DNA of 64,000 nt from Plasmodiophora brassicae (Eukaryota), in NCBI GenBank assembly GCA_036867785.1, contig CP145424.1, positions 558,001-622,000 of the forward strand, given 5' to 3'. The notes beneath the pieces were generated by a model. The model worked only from the letters and a program-made list of their open reading frames with translations. It did not search any database and had not been told where the DNA came from. Numbering within the stretch: position 1 is the first letter of the stretch; each line of letters begins with the position of its first letter. The translations under genes were made by a program, and so were the position numbers. Positions 48,081-59,986 of this stretch are shown here, piece by piece.

Positions 48081-49787
48081 TCAGATCGACCTCCGGCTCT
48101 GAAACGCGTCGCTCAACGCGGGAGGCACCTGGACCTTCTGCAGGGCCGGACAGGTGGAGATTAGTGGTTTCAGGTAGCGAAGGCAGATTGATAACAATTG
48201 ATCGTCTTCGGGAATGGCGGCCGACATTGACAGTACGGATACGACACGTTGCCAGAACGTCGAATCGGACTGGATGGATTTCGGGATGGGCCCGAGTGAC
48301 AGCAGCCGAAGCAGGACGGCCAGCAATTGCACATGGTCATCTCGAGTAATTTTGAACCGTGCAAGTAGAATATCGATCGCCTTGTCATTACCCCGTAGTA
48401 CGTTCTGGTCGTGCTCGGCCAGGTTAATCAACACGGACAGCGAATCCCAGACAACGAGTTCATCAGAGGCGCTCGACGATTCAAGTAGTCGCAGTACTTC
48501 ATCCGGAAGGCCATTCTCAATCAAGCGTTGGGCCCCTTCAGCGTCAGCTGCAACGTGGGCAAACGGTCGCAGAAGATCCGGAAGAGGGTTGGCTGACTCT
48601 CGACACGACTTGCACACCCGGACCAGGAACGGAGCGTTAACAAGCACCTCCGAACGGAACGATTCGGTGTCCTCCGAGAGCCAAATACCAAGTGGACGAA
48701 TGCACCTGATCAGGATAACGTCATCGACAATGTCCCGAGACTCGCACTGGGCAATGAACGCGAAGATCGCTCGCATAACGTCGCATAAACGATCGCGCAT
48801 GACGCCTAGCGTGTCGGCGTCTAGGTCCGACCACCCATCGTCCTCAACCAGAAAGCCGATCACGCGGGCCGTAATGTCGAAGCACGTGCACAGTGTGCGC
48901 TCGTCGTCCTCGTCCTTGGCCGCGTCAAGACGCGCCTCTAGGAGAATGCGCGTCTCGATCGAGACCGTCGCCACAATAACGGCTGGCAGCTTCGTGCCCG
49001 TGGCCCACTTCGCCCCGAACTTGACTAAACACAATCGTGCCAGAGAAATCGCCAGCCTCCGGTTTTCATCGTCAATACGAGACGAGAGTACCTACGAGCC
49101 AAACATGTCACCTGATGAGTCCGCAAACGGGAAAAGAACGCGCGTTACCTGAACAAGACCATCGCGAACATTCGTCGCCCATGAAGGAAGCTGATTCAGT
49201 GGGTGATCGTCATCGGGGTTCCCCATGATAGCAACCAGAGCAGCGAGCGCATCGAACTTGCGTTTATCGGCGCTATCGTGGAACTCAGCCGCGAGGTCAT
49301 TGACAATAGAGTTCGGATGTAGTAGCACCGCATCCGGGTCAGATACGTATGCAGGCCATTCCCCGACAACAACCGCGAATTTGTCGGACTGTTCCGGATC
49401 ATTCCACAGCCGACGCGGTAGGGCGCTATCCAATAGCGGCGTAGGGTCTCCAGCCGCGATGCAATGGGAATACAGCGTGAACACATCGTCAAGTGGGACG
49501 ACATCTATCACCGATTCCACGTCGCGGCAGATTCGCTGCTGCGCGAACCGGGACGCCACGGCCGGGCTCGCAGAGAACACCGCGAGGACAGAGACGGCCA
49601 GCGGGGCCGCATCCGGCGTCCGCAGCAGCCGCCGCAGGAACGTCACGCCCAGCGCCGACGCCAACCTGTCCAAATCGTCGACCGCGGGCACCGTCCCCGA
49701 CCGCGACAGCAGCAGCAGCCCCGCCAGCTTCTCCTCGTCCACCGACGAACGCAGCAGGCGCTCCGCGGCATCCACACCACCCGACAT
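48081..49787 (-). CDS. Neurochondrin-like ARM-repeat protein
   Basis: DEEKLAGLLLL, GVTFLRRLLRT, SIETRILL, IRPLGIWLSEDT; one intron near 49035-49148. Confidence 0.7.
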
Positions 49788-50137
49788 GATGCAGTCCCAC
49801 GCGGTCGCCGTGTCACGGCAATTTCCTGAAGTTGCGAGTCCTGCCCCAGTGCAGACTGCACACTGCAGTGCAGTCGCCGACCGACGCACAAAACATACTT
49901 GCGTGTCCGTTTTGGGAGCGCACCGCAGCGGCGGCAGCGCAGTGGCCGGCTATGGGCTTGCATCTCTTTTTTTCCGGTCGCTGATTCAACTCGTGATGTC
50001 ACTCTCGGTACGTACACGGATGACGTCACGCCATTCGGCGGCGAATCGGAACCTGGGCGGGTTTGGCGTTCACTCCTGAACAGCGTTGCCCGTGTCGTCC
50101 CGAAAACCGCCAAACCGACTTCAAACCCGAATCGAAC

Positions 50138-50713
50138 ATGTCTGCCGCTGCCGTCGTCGCGATTTCTCTCGCGTTGTCTGCTACAGCGTCCGCTCAAGGC
50201 GGTCTGTACGGTGATGACCAGCGAATGACGCAAGCGACGTCCGGCGGGTTCCAGCAGCAAGTGGCTGGCTACCAGGCTCCTCCTGTGGCCCCCGTTGTGT
50301 TCTCCCAGCCGGATCCACCAGTCACGTTCACGCAGCCGTCGTTTTCAATCGACGACTGCAGCGAGTCGCTGCGAACGGTGGCGCCTCTGCAGGCAATGCG
50401 ATTCCGCCCTCGTCGGGTCGCTGACGTTCCTGTCGACGACTGCGATGGGTCGGATGGGAGCGCATCATCCACGCGCCGCACCGAGTTCCCACCCGCCCCT
50501 GTCATTGTTGACCAGCCGCGAAGCGAACCAGCACCGTCGACCCAGGTCGTTGTTGGCGATGGCAGTGTCGAGGGCACCGGGTCGTCGTACACGAACAGGA
50601 ACACGGGACGGGGCGCCTCCGGACGCCGAAGAGGTACCAACGGCGGCACCATGCTGCACTCGGCCGGGGCACTCCTCATCGCGCTGGCCCTGGCCCTTGC
50701 CGTCTTTGCTTGA
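50138..50713 (+). CDS. Secreted, probably GPI-anchored low-complexity protein
   Basis: Signal peptide MSAAAVVAISLALSATASA; C-terminus NGG...ALLIALALALAVFA* with no cytoplasmic tail. Confidence 0.7.
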   Translation: MSAAAVVAISLALSATASAQGGLYGDDQRMTQATSGGFQQQVAGYQAPPVAPVVFSQPDPPVTFTQPSFSIDDCSESLRTVAPLQAMRFRPRRVADVPVDDCDGSDGSASSTRRTEFPPAPVIVDQPRSEPAPSTQVVVGDGSVEGTGSSYTNRNTGRGASGRRRGTNGGTMLHSAGALLIALALALAVFA

Positions 50714-51220
50714 AGACATCCACCCCAGGCAACACAATGAAACCTCATTTGAAACAGTGTGCCACGACGTTAGCGCGTTACGAATTCAGTTTTATCAGGG
50801 TCGGAAGGGCAGAAACGCTCGTAGAATGTATAGACCGTGCTGGACACGTCCTCGCGTTAACGCACCTGACTTCTAGTTGTAAATCGCAACGTGGTGCAGA
50901 GCGTGTCCTTCGGCGCTCGAAACCACACCGGTCGATTGGAGCGAGGTTGCGACAACCACATGAGGGCGTTCGCCAAGGTGGGCAGAACGAGCACGCCACG
51001 TCGAACCACGTGGCGCGCCTCCTCAACAAGTCTCGCCCTTCTTACATGGCTGATCCCCCAAACCTGCGATGCGTACGTGCAGTTCCCAGTCGGGTGTCGC
51101 GTTCGCGTGAACGTGGCCGGTTGCCGCCTGCAGCTCCCCCAGTGCGCAGCTGCAGCGCCAGCGTGGAGCGTCGGACAGCGGAGCTGCACTCGCAACGGAC
51201 TCAACTGCGGGGTGCCCCTG

Positions 51221-53517
51221 ATGCTGCGCGTCGTCCTGGGAGCGGGTCGCCGTCTTCCCGGCATCGCCATCCGTCGATGGTTGACGTCGACGTCGTCGGT
51301 AGCACCCCCGACGGCCAACACCGGTGATCAGCCTGCAATCGGCGCGCCTGTTGAACAGCTGGTTTCGTTGCGGGCGCCCGTCGATGATGCGCGTAGTGAA
51401 GCAGTGGGAAGCGAGGTCGCAGTATCCGACGAAGTCGCTGGTATCCAAGGCGAATCGGGCGACTCCGAAGCACAGGTTGCCGGGTCCACAGAACAGGATC
51501 GCGCCCTGATGGAGGAACCGCACGAAGACGATGGCCTTGTGCATGTGACGAAAGAGCAGCGCGAGTTCATCAGCGGGACCGTCTTCAGTCGGACCGACTT
51601 GGTCCGGCTGTTCGCGTTTGCTGGGACTGGTGTGTCCATTGGCATTTCCCTACCTTCCGCATTGCTGATGGACGTTGCAGGGAAGACGTATGCCATCCGC
51701 GAGTTTGCCTGGGCACATCAGACGAGCCGGATTCTCTATTTGGCGGTCAATAAGAGCGCGTGCGACCAGGCGAAGATGACGTTCCCGCCGAATGTTCACT
51801 GCCGAACGATCAACGCGATTGCGTTCGAGTGCTGCTCGCAGAAGGACGTTCGGCCATGGCTGACGCTGCCGACCGATTGGTCGCAGGACGAGCAGATCAT
51901 TGTTGGCAGCGCTCTTGAACGCTGGATGCACTCAGCAAGAACCGATCCCGTCTGCCTGGACGACATCGCGACGGGCGTCAACGAACTTCCTGTACCGAGA
52001 GCGAAGCATATCAATGATCTACCGTTTCGACGTCGGATGCGGGACAATGCTCAACGTCTGTGGGAGCGCATGATTCGCGGTGTGGTGGACATCAGCCCGT
52101 CCGCGCAAGTCAAAGCGCTCCAGATCGCTCCTCGTCAGCTCGGGTATGACATCGTCATCTTGGACGATGCCCAGGACGCCAGCGCAGCCGCGATTTCCAT
52201 CGTTGCACTTCAAAAGTGCACTCGCATCTTCGTTGGAGATCGTAACCAGAAGAGTAGGCCCTGTGCACTAGCGCGATTGGCGACGGATCTAACATTTGCC
52301 TGTCAGCTGCTGGCTTCCCGGATTCGTTGAACGCCCTGGACGAGGTCAACTTCACGAAGACGTTCGACTTCAGCTGCAGCTTCCGCGTGCCGTTCTCGAT
52401 TGCGACCCTGTGCAATGAGATCCTCGCCAAGAAGAGCCGGCCACCCACAGAGAGGCTGGAGTCCGATGGGCATTACGGCGAAGTCCTGTGCAAGACCGAT
52501 TACAAAGACGTCACCTTGGACGTTCCTGTGTTTATCGGGCGGACGACTGCCAGCATCGTCATGCGAGCGCTGGACGCGCAACGGCATGGCATTCGCGTTC
52601 ATTTCATCGGCGGCAAGGCGGCCTACAAACTCCAGGTCATGCTTGACGTTTGCCTCATCCGCGAGGACAAATCCTGGGAGGTTCAGACGCCGACGTTGAA
52701 GGGGATGACGTTCTACCAGTTCCGTAAGCTCATGGTCCAGCGGACGTCCACCGGCATTGATAGCGCGCGCGTCCTGCCTGTGCCGCTGGAGACCGAGTTG
52801 CAGATCGCGCACACGTACGAACTCGTCAAGCAACGCTCGCTCAAGGCGAAAGACATTCAGGGACTACGACACTACTCGCTGTCCAGAGCCGACCTTATAC
52901 TAGGCACTGTCCATCAGGCAAAGGGTACGTTCCTTCTGTTTCTACCGTACCTCTGCCTGAAATGTGGTTCTTCTCCAGGAATGGAATTCGATGTCGTCGA
53001 GCTGGGCAACGACTTCATTGATCCTTATGCGCTGCCGCAAAGCGACGACCCGAACGTGGCCGAAGCCATCGACAATGAGCTCAACCTGCTGTACTTAGCG
53101 GCATCGCGGGCCAGCAGGACTCTTGTTCTGCCACCTGGGCACCCGCTTCTTCGCATGGCGTCTGAGCACCTAAAGGAGGAAGACGAGGACGATGAGGACG
53201 ACTACGAGGGAGACGCCAACGTTGCTAATGAGTCAGACGACGAACGTCCAAGCGAAGGCGCTTTAGACACTGAGGAGCTGTCCCGGCTTGGCGAAGACGA
53301 CGAAGATCACGTTCCTGCACCGGATTGTCGTTTCGGCGACGACGGCCATGACAGCGGTGACGATGGCATTGCGGGCCTCGACGAGTCCAATGATTATCGC
53401 GACGTCGACGGTGGCACTGATGGGTCGCACGGTGATGACGGTCCCGATGCAGACGAATCCGAAGGGTTGTCTGAGTTACCACGCTTGTCGACTAGCGCCG
53501 ATCATGCTACGTCGTGA
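51221..53517 (+). CDS. UvrD/FBH1-like SF1 helicase with a mitochondrial-type presequence and acidic tail
   Basis: FAFAGT|GKT, ILYLAVNK, ILDDAQD, VGDRNQ, SFR, TVHQAKG|MEFD, NLLYLAASRA. Confidence 0.8.
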
Positions 53518-53836
53518 TGAATATCCACTATACTCAATCGTTCGATGTTGCCATAGCGTACTGTAATCATGTGGTAGGACTTCAAAGGTGGACATGGTGA
53601 CCTTTTGGACGCATGAGGAGTCGCAAGCGCCGTACCGATGGTGACATATCGCTTTCGCCTGTTACAATATCTGAGCACGTACAGATATGGCTTGTCAACG
53701 TCGGTCGAGCAAGGCAAACGATAACAACCTAGCTGGTGTATATATATGTGTGTATATGTAGACGACTGGGAATCTCCCAGCAGTCGAAGGCATGTACATG
53801 GTCATTGGCGAGGAGAGACCCTGGACCCTTGGTGAG

Positions 53837-55092
53837 CTACGACGACCTTGAAAAGAAGTCTCCTGATATCGTCGCAGCCTCCAATACTGATAGAAGTGTT
53901 GCGGAAGCACTTGTTTGTGACGCAAAGTTGGTGCCTTCATCATCATCATCATCATCCTCGTCCTCCTCCTCGTCTTTGTTATCATCTTCATCCTCGGCAT
54001 AGCCAACGCCGTTGGCCAGGGCCTGATCGTTCTCGTCCTTCTCGTCGACGCCGTCCGCTTCTCCATCACAATCGTCCATGACGATGATCTCGGCACCCTG
54101 ACCATCGTGGGCATGACGAATATGCTTGGAGAGCGACACCTTCCACATGTACGTCCTGTCGCAGGCGGAGCATTTGAACTTGCCGGGGCGTACGCGCGCA
54201 TGCGTCTTCGTATGCCGGTCCAGTCGCGACTTGTTCGAGAACGCCTTCGGGCACTGCGTGCATTTGTACGCCCGTTCCCCGCTGTGATACAGCAGGTGCA
54301 TCGCCAGCGATGATGGGGCGGCGAACGACTTGCTGCATATGCGGCACTGCAAGGGGCGCTCCCCCGTATGCACCCTCATGTGCACGACAACTGCCAATTG
54401 CACGGTTTCAGGTACCTTTACAAACAGCACAGGACGCACGAAGGAGGCTTACGAGTGTCCTTCTTCGCAAAGGCTTTCCGGCAGATATTGCACTCGAATG
54501 GCCTATGGGCACGCAGGGGTTCAGACTCGCGCCATAGCTGCAAGCACACAGCAGCGATTACCTGTCGCCGGTGTGGATGCGCATATGGGCAGCCAGGTTG
54601 GACCCATGCCGAAACGTTTTCATGCAAACGTTGCAGGCGAACGGTCGTTCGCCCGTATGCGTCTGCATGTGGACCTCCAACGTGCATTTCCTTGCGAAGT
54701 GCTTCCGGCAGACCGTGCACTCGAACTGCTTGTCGCCCGTATGGATGCGCATGTGCGTCTTGAGATTGCCCTTCTGGCTGAACCGCTTCTCACAGATCGT
54801 ACACGGGAATGGTTTCTCCCCTGTATGCTTCCTCATGTGCGCGTCCAGAAGGCTTTGTTTCGTGAACGACTGGCCACAGCCCGCCTCCGGGCACGACAGC
54901 ATCCTGGGCGGCGTCATCAGCACATGGAGACGCGCAGGCGGGTGCAAACCGTCCAACGTACAGGCCAGTGTGGATACGGGCGTGAATCTTCAGCCCACCG
55001 AGTTTCGTGAAGGTCCGCAGACAGACGTCACACTGGAACGGCCCGGCGACCTGCGGGCCCTGGTCGTTGCCGGCAGGGCCCGGCAAGGCCAT
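53837..55092 (-). CDS. Multi-C2H2 zinc-finger protein with acidic tail
   Basis: Repeated CxxC...HxxxH fingers with TGEKPF/TGERP linkers across several exons. Confidence 0.9.
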
Positions 55093-55712
55093 GCTGATGC
55101 GCGCCGCGTGTGAAGTATACGAAAAGCAGAGCCGCGCGCGGATATAGCGCGCTAGCCTCGCGTCGAACGCGCCGGACCGCAGTGAGCTATTATTTGTCGG
55201 TCAGACGCATTTTGCGACGGACTCCGCAGCCATTCCCTCACAGGAAGACGAAATTCCACCACCGACCGACCAGGCGCACCCACCCTGTGACGCGCGACCC
55301 GAGAACAGTGGCGCCGTGGCCTCTTTGCAGCTCGGGACGCCCGACGTGGCGGGGTGCTATTGCCTACGAGGACGCAACGGGATGAAGGTTTCCCTATCTG
55401 GGTAAGGGGCTCTTTGAATGTAATACTAGGTCTGCCGAGAGGCAACAACGGATTCAGCAGCGGGGGCAGCGACAGACGTAACAACAGGAACAGCAACAGC
55501 GCGCACAGGACATTAGCGACGGTAACAGCGGCGACAGTAGCGTTGGCAACGGTATCAAGAGACCGAGTCGACGGACGAGGGGCAGCCGGTATCCTATGCG
55601 TGAACGAGCGTGCTCTGACTTATGGCTTGATGCTCGGGCATTGGGGCTTCGATTCCGCCACCGGATCAGTGCTAGGAATAGAATGCCCTGAGAGTGAACG
55701 AGATCGCGTGCC

Positions 55713-56315
55713 ATGACCCGTGAAATATCGTCAATGGCGAGCACTTCTGATGGCGCGCAGGGGGCGCCGGCGCCGCCCAGCTATAGGGAGACGTTTATCC
55801 AGAGGATCGCACGGGGGATCGACGCGGATTACGGCTGTGATGACGACGCTATCCATTCCGCATGGGATGTTGAGACAGGCTCTCATCTGCCCAAGTTCGG
55901 GAGGCGAGCGGTCGCTCCCCAAAGGACATTGAGAGAAACGCGACGCGCTAAACCAGCCCGACGACAGTCTGCAGAGGATGGCAACCTGGAGACGCCCCGT
56001 GGGCTGAGGGTCCGGCGATTGATGTTCAACGACGTACCGGTAAAAAATACCGGTAGAAGCGGGGGTCAACAGCCCTACCCGCTGTCTGTGCCGAAGCTGG
56101 GCGAGATCCCCAACCAAACACGACAGCAGATCGCCCTAATGGAATCGCTGCTGCGGTTGCGCCTAGGGACGGACCGTGACCTGCTGATCCGTCACTACCA
56201 TCGGCTGCAGGAAGAGCGACGCAAGCAAGCTATGTGCTGTACGGCGCGACAGGCAGGTCGATATGACAATCTCGGCAACCGACGTCCGTTGAGAAAGTAT
56301 AAGTACATGAAATAG
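55713..56315 (+). CDS. Hypothetical basic protein of about 200 aa
   Basis: ATG-initiated ORF filling the gap between two genes; no recognisable motif. Confidence 0.4.
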   Translation: MTREISSMASTSDGAQGAPAPPSYRETFIQRIARGIDADYGCDDDAIHSAWDVETGSHLPKFGRRAVAPQRTLRETRRAKPARRQSAEDGNLETPRGLRVRRLMFNDVPVKNTGRSGGQQPYPLSVPKLGEIPNQTRQQIALMESLLRLRLGTDRDLLIRHYHRLQEERRKQAMCCTARQAGRYDNLGNRRPLRKYKYMK

Positions 56316-56569
56316 CCGCACAGCACCCCCGTGTCGCACACACATCGCGTGGACGTGACGTTCCGGCTCGGCTCAGGATCGGTCGCGGTACGTGCCGCTG
56401 CTGGCGTTTCACTTCCGTTTACACCCAGTGGGGGTGACCCAATCGTTTCGGCCCAGTGGCTACCTTGTGGCATGAACGGTTTTACGTTAAGTTGGAATTA
56501 TTATTGTCGAGCACATCGTCCCGCAAAAGAGGGGGTGGTGGCCGTTCCCGGAGATGTCATTCTTCCCAG

Positions 56570-59500
56570 ATGGTGTCGTCGGTGGCGTCGACGGCGGTGG
56601 CCAATGCGAAGGAGGGTGCTGAATCGGCGGATGCGCTGGCGCTGGCGGGCCTGCTGGAGGGCGACCAGGCTTCGACGCAGCTGGGCGCCGCCATTAAGGC
56701 CGTGTTCGACAGAGGCATGCAGGCGACGTATGAACAGGCCCTGAACAAACACGTTCGCATTCAGAACACGCAGATTAAGAACATTTGCAATCAGCATTAC
56801 GAGGTATGGATGCCTGCAGGCGTATTCCATATCTGTCATGACTGAGAGGCGCAGTGCAGGAGTTTATCGAATCGATCGATAGCCTCGTGACGTTAAAATC
56901 AGACATTCGCGAACTGAGAGACGACATTGTTCGACTCAATGATGGCGTACAGGCTAGTGAAGACGCACCATCCGGTTCAATGCTCCTCCGTGTTCTGACG
57001 GCCGTTAGCAGGCGTCGGGGGATGAACTGCTGTCCACTGCTGAGGAACTGGGCGACCTGCGGCGAATGCAGATCAACATTGGCAACGCCAGAGTAATCAT
57101 TAATCGGTACCGGGTAAACGTCGATTGATGTTTCATCGTCGAACTGACCGATGCTGGTAGGTGTGTCGCGACCCTTGGGCTGCTCAGTAAAGCGCAGTCC
57201 CAGATCAGTGAAGGCAAACTGTTCCCCGCACTGAAAACAATCGCCCAGCTGCAGAAGGAATCTCTGCGCCCACTTCAGTCTGGCACCGCCCGGAACAGTT
57301 CACTGGTTGCAGCGGTCGACCGCGACATCTTGCCTGGCATTATCGGGAACATCAAGGACAAAGTGCGGAATGATTTCGAAAAGTGGCTCACTGCCGCCGA
57401 CGAAAAGGCATCCAAGATCGGTGCCTGGGCGATAGTGAACATGGAGAAGGTTGTCCGGAATGGTATCGATTGTGGCCTAGAGGACGCGCCAGAGGATATT
57501 TACATGCGGTGCAGAAATGGACAAGGATACGAAGAGACGGCATCAGAGGCTGAAGGCTTTGTGTAACTCGGTAACAGTATGGACTGAAAGTTGGTTTCGT
57601 ACAGTAACCAAGCGTTTAAAAAGGCTGCCGACGCGGATGGTGATCTGGACGTTTCACATCTGAGCTCTGCTGTTTGCGACGCGGTGGACCTCGGTGTGCA
57701 CGCTGGGGAGGAGGATCTATTTGAGCGAATTCAGTTCGACTTTGCGCCTGTGTATCAGGTGAAACCGTGGTGACTATGGCTAGCGGTCGTTTCTAACATT
57801 GCGGAAGGCGCTCCACATTTACGAGACGCTCAACGAACCAGATATATTTGCCGCGTTCTACTTTGAGCGGCGTGCTGCGCAAGTCACAAAGGTACGCTGT
57901 TGATGTGGATACCGGGTCGCGGTTCTCAAACGCTCCATGCAGTGCGTCGAATTCACTCGTCCTGAGGATGATAGCAAGTTCTTAATGGCGTTGTCATCTT
58001 ACTTCTCTCAATGCGCCGGATTGTTTATCATTGAAGAATCGATCTTCAAATCGGGCAATCGCCTTATATCACGGTAGGCGACCTGTTTGACCTTAGGAGG
58101 TTTGATTTGAACAGTGGATTTGATTTGAACAATGAGCAGGGCCGATTTGTCAGCTTTATGGGAACTTTTCGTTTCTAAGATGAAAGTTGCCCTTCTGGAG
58201 CAATTGATGCAGCTTTCAGCTAGCGCCGATCTTCTTGAACTAAAGCACCAGGTAGGGCGTCCCGTTACTAGTGGATCGAATGCCGCTGAACAACCTCAGG
58301 TGGTCCTGTTTTGTCGAACCATGGACGTGTATTCTTTCAACGTTGCTCCGCTAATCAGCTTCATCGCTTCGCACCGGTAGGGTTCATTGCTTTCTACCGC
58401 TATGAATCGTTAACATCCGTCCAGCGACAAGTACGAGGAGCTTTTGACTGCCAGATTTCGTGCCGATCTTGAGAAGATTTTCTCGAAGGAGAAATACGAG
58501 CCGTTAACTATTGACACGCCTGAAACGTTCAGTAGGAGCAGTTACTCTAATGTCCGACTGTCTGTACACTGACTGTCGATATCAGGGAAGTTTGTCACCG
58601 TGTTCGGCCTCGAGTAAGTCGTGCTACGCCTGATTGCTGCGTATGGTTCCGGCTCTAAGCATGCGACAGCGCGAACTTACCTGCCCCTGATGGACCGCGA
58701 ACGTTCCCGGTGGGCGTTCCTTTTTCGGGGACCGTCCCGTTAATATGCCGGACGGTCAAGCACTTCGTTGCAGATTACTTTGCAGTACGTGCGTTCGCGT
58801 TTGCTTCATTCGGCCCGCTTATTGCGATTGCGCAGTTTACCATGCACTTGCCAGACATGTTTGTGTTTATTCGCCGTGCTCTGGACGACATTCTGATGAA
58901 TCTCGTCAATGCTCGCCTGAACGAGATCATTGACAATTCGCCATCGCTCAACGTCTCGCAGGCAGTGCAAATCGCGGTCAATGCCGACTACTTGGTCACT
59001 GCGTGCCTGTACTGGGAGCGCCTAACTCTCGTGTTCAACGACCCGAAATACTACATCAAGCCTTTCACCTTATGTAGGCAACGTCAGTACTGTTTGCAAA
59101 TCGCGCTAAACTGGCAATAGCTGCACGTACGTCGTTCGGCGACCTGCGAACCCGCGCTGAGGACTTAATCTTTGAGGTCATCGAACGCAAGATCAATGAG
59201 ATGCTCGATTTGATGAACTGCAACTTGGACTGGTGCCCCCAGAACGTCCAGGTTACTCCCCGCTTGATGTACATCTGTCCGATCTGTTCGTGATAGCCTC
59301 CCTTCAGTCGGGCCCGAACGACTCTGTTCAGATGCTAGTGTCGTTCCTGGAGACGACCATGTCTGCCCAGTATATGCCGGCACATGTTCGCACAGCGGGT
59401 GAGCCTGCAGCAATGTCTGTGCCACGATTGTGACTTACACAGACCAACAGTTCACTTTGCCTCGTGCCGATCCATATCGCGAACGCTTCTGCAGTTCGCT

Positions 59501-59950
59501 GCCTCTGCCAAGCAGCTCAATGTCCTCGCAATGTATAATCTTGAACAGGACGTCAAGCATCTCGAGGCGTATGCCAACAACACTGGCATCCCGAACCTGC
59601 ACGAGGCGTTCGCCGAGGTGAGGCAGTTGATCGCCCTCTTCCTGAACCCGAACGTAGAACAGGTAACTGCCTGAAGCACCGGTTTCAGCGGGGCTTTGGC
59701 GCTGACCTCGTGCCTAGCTTCTTGACGATAACGTACGGAGGACCAGGTTCCCCCTGATCCCCGTCTCCAAGATGTGCATGTTCCTCGACAAGTAATCGGC
59801 ATTGCGTCACTGCACACTTCCCCACCACTAACCGTTGCATGGAACAGGTTCAAGGAGACCGCCTTCCTCAGCGTTGTCCCCGCTGATGTCCCTCGAGTCG
59901 CGAAGAAGAACGTCGAGAACGTCGTCCGCAGGCTGCGACATTCGCCCTGA
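56570..59950 (+). CDS. SEC15: Exocyst subunit Sec15/EXOC6, multi-exon
   Basis: IKNICNQHYE|EFIESID, QFDFAPVYQ, PFSGTVP, QAVQIAVNA, AFAEVRQLIALF. Confidence 0.85.
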
Positions 59951-59986
59951 CTGCCTCAGCCCATAGAAGCACATACTTATATATCA

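Noticed and set aside
58101-58131. Direct repeat TTTGATTTGAACA occurring twice
   Set aside because: Short local duplication within a Sec15 intron with no further structure
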